Assembly: GCA_001785965.1 (NCBI GenBank)
Contig: MFVF01000034.1
Location: 1-39,896 of the forward strand
Direction: 5' to 3'
DNA: 39,896 nt
Origin: Candidatus Nomurabacteria bacterium RIFCSPLOWO2_01_FULL_42_20
GTDB taxonomy: Bacteria > Patescibacteriota > Minisyncoccia > Phycocordibacterales > CAZVEC01
Of the stretch, positions 9,092 through 18,349 are shown piece by piece. Numbering within the stretch: the first letter of the stretch is position 1; the number at the start of each line of letters is the position of its first letter. The notes beneath the pieces were generated by a model. The model did not search any database. It had not been told where the DNA came from and was given only the letters and a program-made list of their open reading frames with translations. Made by a program: the position numbers and the translations under genes.

Positions 9092-9634
9092 ATGAAGGAT
9101 AAAAAGATTGTGGAAATTTTAAGACGAGGGGGAATAACAGTGATACCAACTGATACAATTTATGGCCTAGTCGGCTCTGCTTTTTCAAAGAAGGCGATAG
9201 AGAGAATTTATAAAATCAAGGGGCGGAAGAAGACCAAACCTTTTATCATTCTCATCTCATCTTTTAATGATTTAAAAAGATTTAACATCAAACCTTCAGT
9301 TAAAGAACTCAAAATATTGAAAAAAATCTGGCCAGCGCCGGTAAGCATCATTCTTCCTTGCCCAAGCAAAAAATTTAGTTATCTTCATCGCGGCACAAAA
9401 AACTTAGCCTTCAGATTACCAAAGAAAAAATCTTTAATCGCTATTTTAAAAAAATCAGGGCCCTTAGTCGCGCCCTCTGCAAATCCTGAAGGATGTAAAC
9501 CCGCTCAAACTGTCAAAGAGGCTAAGAAATACTTTGGTGATAAGATTGATTTCTATGTAAACAGTGGTCATCTTGCTGGTAGGCCATCAAAACTTGTTTC
9601 AATTGAAAGCGGAATAATTAAATTGTTACGCTGA
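9092..9634 (+). CDS. tsaC: Threonylcarbamoyl-AMP synthase (TsaC/YrdC/Sua5 family)
   Basis: PTDTIYGL, KIKGRKKTKP, APSANPEG motifs. Confidence 0.92.
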   Translation: MKDKKIVEILRRGGITVIPTDTIYGLVGSAFSKKAIERIYKIKGRKKTKPFIILISSFNDLKRFNIKPSVKELKILKKIWPAPVSIILPCPSKKFSYLHRGTKNLAFRLPKKKSLIAILKKSGPLVAPSANPEGCKPAQTVKEAKKYFGDKIDFYVNSGHLAGRPSKLVSIESGIIKLLR

Positions 9635-9657
9635 CCAAAGAAATAGAATAATTTAGA

Positions 9658-9984
9658 TTAATTATTGGACTCGAGTTCTTCGGGGATGAATTCTTTGGGA
9701 GTCAGATCTTTTTTAGTTTTAAATTCGTAGAAGATCGTGCCCTTTTTGGGCCCCTTGATTGTAACCATGGCGCCGCGTGGGGTTGCGCCAACCAATGGTT
9801 CCTCGGGATAGCCGAGCTCTTCTTTGACAGCGTCGCTGATTTTTTTCAAAGAAGTTACCTCTTTGCAAATTCTATCGCAAATTTCTTTGAGTGACTTTCG
9901 GATTTCTTCTTCAGTCATTGTTTCGTAAGATTTCAGTCCCTCTAATGGTTTAGGCTGATGTGCAAATATGTTTAAAAGTGCCAT
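9658..9984 (-). CDS. Hypothetical protein
   Basis: 108-aa ORF with an ATG start and no competing gene. Confidence 0.6.
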   Translation of the reverse strand: MALLNIFAHQPKPLEGLKSYETMTEEEIRKSLKEICDRICKEVTSLKKISDAVKEELGYPEEPLVGATPRGAMVTIKGPKKGTIFYEFKTKKDLTPKEFIPEELESNN

Positions 9985-10037
9985 AAAATGTATTGATTAT
10001 TTAATAATTAATGCAGGTGATGCCTCATTATATCATA

Positions 10038-10269
10038 AAGTGGTTAAATTACTAGATACTTTTTCTGCGTATGTTCCGCATCTGCTAGTTATCCACCCCG
10101 TAAAATCCTCCTAATCGTCGGATCACGGGGCGCGAAGTGCCAAAATATAATTCAGTATGAAATATTGACCTTTTCTGCGTATGTTCCGCATCTGCTAGTT
10201 TTCCACCCCATACCAGATCCTCGCGCCGAATGCGCGCTCGGCTCGGTACGGGGCGCGAAGTGGTTAAAT
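10038..10269. repeat. Tandem pair of composite repeat units bounded by a 12-bp direct repeat
   Basis: 39-bp repeat at 10061-10099 and 10171-10209 (1 mismatch); acggggcgcgaagtg twice; aagtggttaaat at 10038 and 10258. Confidence 0.85.
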
Positions 10270-10339
10270 AGGACAAGTATTACAAGATAGACTTAGTCTT
10301 TGTAATAACTGTGGTAAAAAAGTTTTCCACACCTTAGGC

Positions 10340-10387
10340 TTGCTTATCGATCTCGCTATTATTATAATGTACTAGTACGCTGATACA
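10340..10387 (+). promoter_or_regulatory. Sigma70 promoter with an adjacent TrpR-box-like operator
   Basis: TTGCTT-17 bp-TATAAT (10340-10368), then TGTACTAGTACGCTGATACA (10368-10387) just before the TrpR-like gene. Confidence 0.6.
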
Positions 10388-10391
10388 ACAT

Positions 10392-10694
10392 ATGAAGCCG
10401 AACAACAAACCTAAAGACGAGTTTTTGAGTATTTTGATTGGAATTTCTTCAGACAAAAAATTACTGGACGGATTTTTCAAAGCTATTCTCTCCCCGAGAG
10501 AATATGAGGAAATTATTCACCGTCTGCAAGTCTTCAAAATGTCTTTCAAAGGATTCCCTCAAAGGCAGATAGCCAGTAAATTAAAAGTGGGATTGGCCAC
10601 CGCGAGCCGCGGCGCGCGAGAAGTAAAAAAGCAGGAAAAAATATTTAAAAAAATATTTCAACATGCTAAAAAAACTTCAAAAAATAAAGACTAG
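10392..10694 (+). CDS. Trp repressor-like (TrpR/YerC/YecD) regulator
   Basis: ILSPREYEEIIHRLQV...PQRQIASKLKVGLATASRGA matches the TrpR HTH pattern. Confidence 0.85.
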   Translation: MKPNNKPKDEFLSILIGISSDKKLLDGFFKAILSPREYEEIIHRLQVFKMSFKGFPQRQIASKLKVGLATASRGAREVKKQEKIFKKIFQHAKKTSKNKD

Positions 10695-12411
10695 GAATTT
10701 TATTTTCACTCTTTTAGTTTTTTTTATTTTTCCATTTTACCCCCACACCTTCCTGCAGGAAGGTGTGGGGGTTTATTTTGTTTTTGCTCAAACTGAAAGT
10801 ACCGGGAGTATCGTTATAACAGAAATCATGTATGATCTTTCCGGATCCGACACTGGTCGGGAATGGATTGAGGTTAAAAATAATAATTCGGCTGATGTTG
10901 ATCTCTCCACTTACAAATTTTTTGAAGACGATACCAATCATAAATTAGAGAGCTTTCAAGGCGAACCCATTTTAGATTCTGGTAGTTTTGCCATCATCGC
11001 CGATGATCCATCAAAATTTTTAATTGATTGGCCGAATTTCTCCGGCGCTATTTTTGACAGCAGTTTCTCATTATCAAATACCGGCGAAGCTCTGACTCTG
11101 AAAGATGAAAACTCAAATATTGTTGACGAGGTAAATTATGTTTCTCTTTGGGGAGCTTCCGGCAACGGCAAATCTCTTCAGCGTAAAATTGATAGCAGTT
11201 TCATTGAAGAATTACCGACTCCCGGCGCGGAATTAGCTGAAGAAATTATACCAGAGGAAGTAATTACAGAAGAAATTATCCCAGAAGAAGTTATTCCGGA
11301 AGAAATTATTACAGAAGAGATTATTTCAGAAGAGGTAGTTACAGAAGAAGTTATCCCGGAGGAGATTATTACGGAAGATTCTTTGGAAAATAATGAAATT
11401 ACGGAGAATATAGAAGTCATATTAGAAAATTTGACAGGCGAAGAGTTTATAGAAGATACAGAATCAGAAAGCACAGAATCTAATGAAAATGCCGAAGAAA
11501 ATGTTGATCAGTCAGAGGAGCAAACAAAAGAAGATCCTGAAAATCCTGAAGAAGCTGAAATAATCAGCACGGAAACGCCTAAGGTTTTTATAAACGAAAT
11601 TAATTGGATGGGCAGCGCGGGTAATGCATATGGCGAATGGATAGAACTTTACTGCAATTGCGCTAGTGATATGGATTTAGCTGATTTTGGAATTTATGAC
11701 GGTGATGAAAAATTGATTATAAAATTAACTAAAAAAATATCAGCTCACGGCTATTATCTCATAGCAAGAACAACACCAAGTCATAAAAATGAATTGGAAG
11801 AATATGCTGATGAAATCGGCCAATTTGGCGGTAGCGGTTTATCAAATGAAGCCGAAATGCTTGTCTTAAAAGACGGCGGCGGCAATATTGTAGAGAGTCT
11901 TGATTTTAGGAGCGGCTGGCCGGCGGGAGATAATAGCACAAAAGAAACAATGCAGTGGGACGGGGCAGGGGAAAATTGGTTCACCAGTCCGGCCACGCCT
12001 CGGGCGGAGAATAAAAAAATAATAACTGAAAACAGTACAACTAATTCAAACGCATCTAATACGGATTTTTCTGCAAGCGAGAGCGCAAATGTAGCGCCAA
12101 TTGTTAATGTCCAAGAAAAAAAACAAGAGAAAAAAATTATTACTTCGAAGGATCTAAAAATTTACTTCAACCAAAATGATTTTTCCATAAAATTCAAAAA
12201 TACTACAAAAAAAGAAATTAATTTATCAAATTTAAAATTGCAAAGCGGAAGCAAAACATTTACAATTCCTAAAAACACATTTTTGCTTGGCGGCAGTGAA
12301 ATTATTGGGTCATCTAAAATTACCGGTTTTAACCAAAAAGACGATTTAATTCTGATTGGTGAAGATAATAAAATAATCACTGACGCTTCATTCATGAACC
12401 CTCGACTTTAA
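10663..12411 (+). CDS. Secreted lamin-tail-domain (LTD) protein with an acidic repeat linker
   Basis: Two LTD-like units (IVITEIMYD..EWIEV; VFINEINW..EWIELY) and an N-terminal hydrophobic segment. Confidence 0.85.
   Translation: MLKKLQKIKTRNFIFTLLVFFIFPFYPHTFLQEGVGVYFVFAQTESTGSIVITEIMYDLSGSDTGREWIEVKNNNSADVDLSTYKFFEDDTNHKLESFQGEPILDSGSFAIIADDPSKFLIDWPNFSGAIFDSSFSLSNTGEALTLKDENSNIVDEVNYVSLWGASGNGKSLQRKIDSSFIEELPTPGAELAEEIIPEEVITEEIIPEEVIPEEIITEEIISEEVVTEEVIPEEIITEDSLENNEITENIEVILENLTGEEFIEDTESESTESNENAEENVDQSEEQTKEDPENPEEAEIISTETPKVFINEINWMGSAGNAYGEWIELYCNCASDMDLADFGIYDGDEKLIIKLTKKISAHGYYLIARTTPSHKNELEEYADEIGQFGGSGLSNEAEMLVLKDGGGNIVESLDFRSGWPAGDNSTKETMQWDGAGENWFTSPATPRAENKKIITENSTTNSNASNTDFSASESANVAPIVNVQEKKQEKKIITSKDLKIYFNQNDFSIKFKNTTKKEINLSNLKLQSGSKTFTIPKNTFLLGGSEIIGSSKITGFNQKDDLILIGEDNKIITDASFMNPRL
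11239..11376 (+). repeat. 15-bp (EE[IV][IV][PTS]) tandem coding repeat, about 9 units
   Basis: EEIIP EEVIT EEIIP EEVIP EEIIT EEIIS EEVVT EEVIP EEIIT. Confidence 0.9.
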
Positions 12412-12435
12412 ATCAAAATTGAATATAATGTATTC

Positions 12436-13479
12436 ATGCCTAAAACAAAATTAAGTCCTAAGTATTTCTTTTTATCACTAGGTGTTTTGGTTACTTTAAT
12501 CGCTTCAGTCGTTTCTTTTCTGAACCTTGTTTTTGAGACCCTAAACAAGAGATTTCCTGATGTTTTGAACGCCACTTATCAGTACGGCTATAATACTTTT
12601 GATTATGAAAATATGCGGTCGGCTCTAGCCACCCTGATTATTATTTTTCCGGTGTTTTTAATAATCTCGTATTTCTGGTGCCGGCAGTCGGAGAAAGGAA
12701 TCGGAGCGGTTGATGATATTATCAGGCGCTGGGTGCTTTATCTTATTCTTTTTCTTTCAAGCATTGTCATCATCGTTGATTTAGTCACTTTAGTGAAATA
12801 TTTTGTAGCTGGCGAAATTACCACTCGTTTTATTTTGAAAGTGGCTATCGCCTTAATTGTTGCTTTGTTAGTCGGGCTTTACTATATTCTTGAGTTAAGA
12901 TTTAAGGATCAAGGATCAAGGATTAAGGATAAAGCTTTTATAATTGGCGCCATATTTGCGGGAGTTGGCGGTGTGCTTGTTTTAGCCGCGATCATATTTA
13001 GTTTTATGATCATGGGCAGTCCGGCCAAACAGCGGCAACTTAGATTGGACGACAGGCGGATAAGCGATTTGCAAAACATTCAGTGGCAAGTAATAAATTA
13101 TTGGCAGCAGAAAGAAAAATTGCCGGAATCGCTGAAAGATTTGAAAGATCCGCTTTCAGGTTTTTCACTTCCAGTAGATCCAGATTTTGAGAAAGGAATT
13201 AATTATGAATACGCTAAAAAGGAGAAGCTGAAATTTGAACTTTGCGCGACTTTTTCTCTACCGATGCCTAAGGGCTGGCGGGAGAATAATTATTATGGTG
13301 GGCCAGTGCCGCTTTATGAAAAAGGCATGATGGGCGGGGGTGATATGGCCATGGAAATGATATACCCTTATCCCGGTCCGGATGGCATGAACGAATCGTG
13401 GGATCATGAGGCGGGCAGGACTTGTTTTGAGAGGACGATAGATCCGGAGATTTATCTTCCGTTTAGAAAATTGCAATGA
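12436..13479 (+). CDS. DUF5671-like membrane protein
   Basis: 5 TM helices, then GSPAKQRQLRLDDRRISDLQNI (pilin-like helix) and FELCATF. Confidence 0.75.
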   Translation: MPKTKLSPKYFFLSLGVLVTLIASVVSFLNLVFETLNKRFPDVLNATYQYGYNTFDYENMRSALATLIIIFPVFLIISYFWCRQSEKGIGAVDDIIRRWVLYLILFLSSIVIIVDLVTLVKYFVAGEITTRFILKVAIALIVALLVGLYYILELRFKDQGSRIKDKAFIIGAIFAGVGGVLVLAAIIFSFMIMGSPAKQRQLRLDDRRISDLQNIQWQVINYWQQKEKLPESLKDLKDPLSGFSLPVDPDFEKGINYEYAKKEKLKFELCATFSLPMPKGWRENNYYGGPVPLYEKGMMGGGDMAMEMIYPYPGPDGMNESWDHEAGRTCFERTIDPEIYLPFRKLQ

Positions 13480-13570
13480 TTTATCAACATCGTCGCTTGT
13501 ATAAAATGTAGATATTGTGGGATAATAAAGTAGGTCGATATTATATAAATTAAGCGCTTAATTTAAATAA

Positions 13571-13939
13571 ATGGAACCAACAAAAAAATTTAATTGGGGT
13601 ACCCTTATTTTGGGTCTTATCATCGGCGCGGCAGTTGTCGGCATCATTGTGGCGGCTTCCAAGCCAGCGGTGACGGGGGGACAGGCTGAAGAAAAATCCT
13701 TTGCATGTAAGGTTGTAACTACACTATCTGAAGGAAGAACACCAGGAGGCCAACCACTGAATCTTTCTGGGGATGTTCTGAAAAAACTTAGTCTCGTGGC
13801 AGAGGACCTTTGTCTCCAAGATGGCGGCGGTAGCGGCCGTTGTAGCGAAGGTTTTGTTTGTAACACATCGGGCGTTCTTTGCAACGTAGATGATACGTGT
13901 ACTTCAGGAGGTCTTACTGGTTGCTGTGTTCTGGAATAA
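13571..13939 (+). CDS. Membrane-anchored protein with a Cys-rich C-terminus
   Basis: N-terminal TM helix, 8 Cys, terminator hairpin at about 13971-14003. Confidence 0.7.
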   Translation: MEPTKKFNWGTLILGLIIGAAVVGIIVAASKPAVTGGQAEEKSFACKVVTTLSEGRTPGGQPLNLSGDVLKKLSLVAEDLCLQDGGGSGRCSEGFVCNTSGVLCNVDDTCTSGGLTGCCVLE

Positions 13940-14051
13940 GGGTTCAGGTACCTTTTTCTGATTTACAGCCAAAAGCCACTCCGACAAAATTGGAGTGGTT
14001 TTTGATTTTCTCCTAAGTTCTGCGGCGAAGCCGGGGATTGACGTAGATGTA

Positions 14052-14108
14052 ACCTGGTTAACCCTTTGGTTTAACTAGACGTTTAACCCAAAGGGTTAAC
14101 CAAAGGTT
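14052..14108. repeat. Long imperfect palindrome
   Basis: tggttaaccctttgg ... ccaaagggttaacca inverted arms. Confidence 0.8.
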
Positions 14109-14201
14109 TTAGGTCAAGATTTCCTGATTTTTTATTAAATTTCAAAATTCGCGATCTCTAACGGGATTGATGAAAGGCTATAAATTTGGTATATTTTAGG
14201 T

Positions 14202-15119
14202 GTGAAGAAAAATAAAACAAACAAAATCGCTTTGTTTGAAGGGCAGAAAATCCGACGGCATTGGGATGAAGACAAAGAATTGTGGTATTTTTCTATTGTA
14301 GATGTTATTGCGGTGTTAACGAATAGCGATAACCCGCAGGTTTATTGGCGCGTGCTTAAGAAAAGGCTTATAGACGAAGGTTCAAATGAAACCGTTACAA
14401 AATGTAACGCTTTGAAAATGTTGGCTCCCGACAACAAAATGCGGCTTACTGACGTCGCTGATACAGAAACAATACTTCGCCTCATTCAATCTATTCCTTC
14501 ACCGAACGCCGAACCATTTAAGCTCTGGCTGGCGCGCGTGGGCTACGAGCGTTTGGAAGAAACAGCTGATCCGGAACTAGCTATTAATCGGGCGCTCAAG
14601 ACATATTTGCAAAAAGGATACAGCAAAGATTGGATAAATCAGCGCCTTAAGAGTATTGAAATTAGAAAAGCATTGACAGATGAATGGGAAAATCGCGGAG
14701 TGAAAGAGGGGCTTGAATTTGCTATTTTGACCAATTAAATTACAGAGGCCTGGACCGGGCTCTCGACTAGTACAGTATAAAAATTTGAAGGGTCTCAAGA
14801 AAGAAAATTTGCGCGATAACATGACCAATCTGGAATTAGTTTTGAATATGCTGGCCGAAACTGCGACAACTGAAATTTCCCAAAAACGCGAACCGAAAGA
14901 TTTTGCGCAAAATAAAGAGTACTTTGATTCGACTTCGCTTTGACGCTGTGTGCGAGAGTACTCGCCCACGCGCTCCTCGCTCGTCGAAATAAAAAAGTTG
15001 CTCGCGAAGGCGGAAATATTGCCGGCCATGCGCGAAAGCAAATTGAGGGAAAAACAGGAAAGAAAGTCATCAGTAAGATCAGTTTTAAAAAAATTAAAGA
15101 GCAAAAGAAATTAGGATGA
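14202..15119 (+). pseudogene. Bro-N / phage-antirepressor-like protein, inactivated
   Basis: Bro-N motifs (WYFSIVDVIAVLT, LRLIQSIPSPNAEPFKLWLA). Premature TAA at 14736-14738, a frameshift near 14770, and a 70-bp insert at 14917-14986. The expected C-terminus (ENLRDNMTNLELVLNMLAE...VAREGGNIAG...KKLG*) continues in other frames. Confidence 0.85.
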
Positions 15120-15199
15120 AACAATACGACCACAAAAAAATTGAGCGAAAGTGGCCCTCCTTCGCCAAGGCTTCAGATGGGCAAGCAAAAGGAATATGA
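15116..15199 (+). pseudogene. Dead duplicate of the leuS N-terminus interrupted by a 31-bp palindromic element (reads as a 27-aa ORF)
   Basis: MKQYDHKKIERKW[insert]QKE versus the functional MKQYNHSKIEKYWQKE. Confidence 0.85.
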
Positions 15200-18100
15200 A
15201 ACAATATAATCATAGTAAAATCGAAAAATACTGGCAAAAGGAGTGGGCCAAGAAAAAGATTTACAAAACCCTTTCTTCGCAAGAAGCTAGACGCAAGACC
15301 CTTCGTCGCCAAGGCTATGCAGGGCGAGAGCTAAAGCCTTTCTATGTTCTTGACATGTTTCCGTATCCGTCGGGAGCGGGACTGCATGTGGGGCATCCGA
15401 GAGGATACATCGGTTCGGACGTTTGCGCTCGCATGAAAAGAATGCAGGGCTACAACGTGCTTCATCCGATGGGCTATGACGCTTTCGGTTTGCCGGCCGA
15501 GCAATACGCCATTGAACACAAAGTCCATCCGCGTGAGGCGGTCAAAAGAAATGTGGCGACATTTGAAAAACAATTATCCATGATTGGCCTTTCTTATGAT
15601 TGGTCGCGCAAAATCAATACCAGCGATCCTGATTATTACAAATGGACCCAGTGGATTTTTTTGAAGCTGCACAATCATTATTATGATGAGAAATTACAAA
15701 AAGCCAGATCAATTTCGGAACTAATTAAAAAATTTGAAAAAGAAAATAAAGAATGGGAAAAGCTCTCGCCTCTTGAAAAACAAGATCACTTGATGAAATA
15801 TCGTCTTGCTTACGAAGGCGAAGCGGAAGTGAATTGGTGTCCGGGGCTAGGAACAGTTCTTGCCAACGATGAAGTTAAAGAAGGCCAGGACGGACACTTG
15901 ATTTCCGAACGCGGCGGTTTTCCGGTTGAAAAAATAAAAATTAAGCAATGGTTTTTGCGTATTACGGCTTACGCGGACAGATTACTTTCAGGGCTGGAGG
16001 AGTTGAAATGGTCACTGCATTTGAAAGAGATACAGAAAAATTGGATTGGGCGCTCCGAAGGGGCGGAAATAGAATTTAAGCTAGTCGCTAGGAGCCAGCC
16101 GCTAGGAGCTATTAAAGTTTTTACCACGCGGGCGGATACGCTTTTTGGCGCGACTTATCTGGTACTCTCGCCGGAGCATGCCATCATTCCCAAATTAAAA
16201 ATTGAAAATATAAAAGAGGTTGAAAATTACATCAATCAAGCAAAGCACAAAACTGCTGAAGAAAGAACTCGGGTGGAAAAAGACCCTTCGACGGGCTCAG
16301 GGCAAGCAAAGACAGGCGTTGAGCTGAAAGGTGTGAAGGCGATAAACCCGGGGAATGGTGAGGAAATTCCGATTTGGATTTCCGATTATGTTTTAGCTGA
16401 TTACGGGACTGGTGCCATCATGGCCGTGCCGGCGCATGATGAGCGGGATTTTGCGTTTGCGAAGAAATATAATCTGCCGATTAGAGAGGTTATTGTAAAC
16501 TATGACATAGACGGAATGGGCTGGGCGCCAAAGGCAGGCAAAAAGTTTAGCACATACAGAGGAGTAAGTGCGGTGATTTTCAATAAAAAAAATGATACTG
16601 TTCTATGTTTGAGATGGGCTCCGCAAGGTTGGGGCACTTTTGTTACCGGAAAACTTGATCCCAATGAGAATAATTTTAAAGAAGTTGCTCGGCGCGAGAT
16701 CTACGAAGAGACTGGTTATAAGAACTTAAAATTGATTTACGAACAAAAAAATCCATACTTCACGACTTATTATCATGACGGCAAAGATGAAAATCGTTTT
16801 ACGGAAATGCACCGTCTATTTTTTGAGCTTATGGATGAAGAGAAGGATGAAATTTCTGATGAGGAAAAATCCAAGCATGAAATTGTCTGGGTTGCGCGAA
16901 AGGATATTCAAAAGTTTATAACCGCGAGTTACGATCAGGAAATTGTGGAAAAAGTAATAAATGGAACTTTTATGGAGAAATCTTGCTTTGCATGCCATGG
17001 TATATTAGTTGACTCAAAACAATTCACAGGCATGACTTCTGAAGAAGCGCGTAAAAAAATCACTGACTTTGTCGGCGGCCAGATCGTCACCAAATACAAA
17101 ATGCGGGATGCCGTTTTTGCCCGGCAAAGATATTGGGGCGAGCCGATTCCGCTTTGGCGCGATAAAGAGGGAATAATCCATGAAGTAAAAAAGTTGCCGC
17201 TTAAATTGCCTAATGTAAAATCATACGAACCGACAGGGAAGGCGGAAGGGCCTTTGGCTGGAGTGAAATCTTGGGTGGCGAAAGGCTACGAAACTAATAC
17301 CATGCCCGGCTGGGCGGGAAGCTCTTGGTATTATCTGCGCTACATGGATCCGAAAAATAAAAAAGAACTTGCGGGGAAGAAAGAAATTGAATACTGGCAA
17401 CAAGTTGATATATATGTGGGCGGGACAGAACATGCTACAGGGCATCTTCTTTATGCGCGTTTTTGGAACAAATTTCTGCATGATCTTGAAATTACGCCGA
17501 CCGAGGAGCCGTTTAAGGAACTGCACAATCAGGGGATGATCATAGCTTCAGATGGAAGAAGGATGTCTAAACGATGGGGCAACGTCGTTAACCCAGACGA
17601 TATTGTCAAAACTTATGGCGCCGATACGCTTCGGGTTTATGAGATGTTCATGGGGCCGTTTACCGATTCGATCGCTTGGTCAACCGAGAGCATCATCGGC
17701 CCGAGAAGATTTTTAGAAAAAGTTTGGCGTGTCGCACAGCGACTACAGATTAACACTGATAAAAAACTGATCAACACTGATAAAATCGGTGAAAATCAGT
17801 CTAGAAATCAGAGTAAATCAGTAGATTTTTCTGTAGAAAAATTATTACACAAAACAATCAAAAAAGTCACCGAAGATATTGAAGCGATGCGTTTCAATAC
17901 TGCCATATCTAGCATGATGATTTTCGTCAACGCTCTAGATGCGGAACATACGCGGAAGGATGCGCAAATAGATATTGGAAACTGGGTACTATTTTTAAAA
18001 CTACTTGCGCCTTTTGCTCCGCATATTGCTGAAGAACTTTACAACGAACAACTTATAACTAACAACAAAAAAAGTCTGCGTAAGTCTGCGGCGAGTATTC

Positions 18101-18333
18101 ACGAGCAAGAGTGGCCGAAGTGGAATCCAAAATTGATTATTGACGAAACAGTTAAAATCGCCGTGCAGGTGAACGGAAAAGTCCGGGCTGAAATTGAAAT
18201 TCTGGCTGACATTAATGAAGGCGAGGTCCGAGAGATTGCCTTAGCCAATGAAAATATCAAAAAGTGGGTAGAGGACAAAGAGGTCAAAAAGTTTATTTAT
18301 GTGAAAAACAAGCTTGTTAACATTGTAATATAA
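15196..18333 (+). CDS. leuS: Leucine--tRNA ligase with an inserted Nudix domain
   Basis: LDMFPYPSGAGLHVGH, FTTRADT editing motif, GAIMAVPAHDERD, RMSKR. The true start is ATG 15196, not GTG 15151. Confidence 0.97.
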   Translation: MKQYNHSKIEKYWQKEWAKKKIYKTLSSQEARRKTLRRQGYAGRELKPFYVLDMFPYPSGAGLHVGHPRGYIGSDVCARMKRMQGYNVLHPMGYDAFGLPAEQYAIEHKVHPREAVKRNVATFEKQLSMIGLSYDWSRKINTSDPDYYKWTQWIFLKLHNHYYDEKLQKARSISELIKKFEKENKEWEKLSPLEKQDHLMKYRLAYEGEAEVNWCPGLGTVLANDEVKEGQDGHLISERGGFPVEKIKIKQWFLRITAYADRLLSGLEELKWSLHLKEIQKNWIGRSEGAEIEFKLVARSQPLGAIKVFTTRADTLFGATYLVLSPEHAIIPKLKIENIKEVENYINQAKHKTAEERTRVEKDPSTGSGQAKTGVELKGVKAINPGNGEEIPIWISDYVLADYGTGAIMAVPAHDERDFAFAKKYNLPIREVIVNYDIDGMGWAPKAGKKFSTYRGVSAVIFNKKNDTVLCLRWAPQGWGTFVTGKLDPNENNFKEVARREIYEETGYKNLKLIYEQKNPYFTTYYHDGKDENRFTEMHRLFFELMDEEKDEISDEEKSKHEIVWVARKDIQKFITASYDQEIVEKVINGTFMEKSCFACHGILVDSKQFTGMTSEEARKKITDFVGGQIVTKYKMRDAVFARQRYWGEPIPLWRDKEGIIHEVKKLPLKLPNVKSYEPTGKAEGPLAGVKSWVAKGYETNTMPGWAGSSWYYLRYMDPKNKKELAGKKEIEYWQQVDIYVGGTEHATGHLLYARFWNKFLHDLEITPTEEPFKELHNQGMIIASDGRRMSKRWGNVVNPDDIVKTYGADTLRVYEMFMGPFTDSIAWSTESIIGPRRFLEKVWRVAQRLQINTDKKLINTDKIGENQSRNQSKSVDFSVEKLLHKTIKKVTEDIEAMRFNTAISSMMIFVNALDAEHTRKDAQIDIGNWVLFLKLLAPFAPHIAEELYNEQLITNNKKSLRKSAASIHEQEWPKWNPKLIIDETVKIAVQVNGKVRAEIEILADINEGEVREIALANENIKKWVEDKEVKKFIYVKNKLVNIVI

Positions 18334-18349
18334 GATATAATACTGGGAT

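Noticed and set aside
10061-10262. Possible mini-CRISPR array (39-bp repeat twice)
   Set aside because: Only two units, the 'spacers' are themselves repeat-family hairpins, and no cas genes are present.
10089-10331. DnaA-box-like 9-mers (ttatccacc, ttttccacc, ttttccaca) suggesting oriC
   Set aside because: All are mismatched, two lie inside the repeat unit, and there is no dnaA/dnaN context.
14736-14775. Stop-codon reassignment or programmed frameshift in the Bro-N gene
   Set aside because: Three independent lesions fit decay. TAA, TAG and TGA all terminate conserved genes normally in this window (code 11).
14202-15119. Prophage indicated by the antirepressor-like gene
   Set aside because: No integrase, structural or replication phage genes nearby.
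15151-15195. GTG start giving LeuRS an MALLRQGFRWASKRN extension
   Set aside because: This is read-through of the palindromic insert; the conserved N-terminus starts at 15196.
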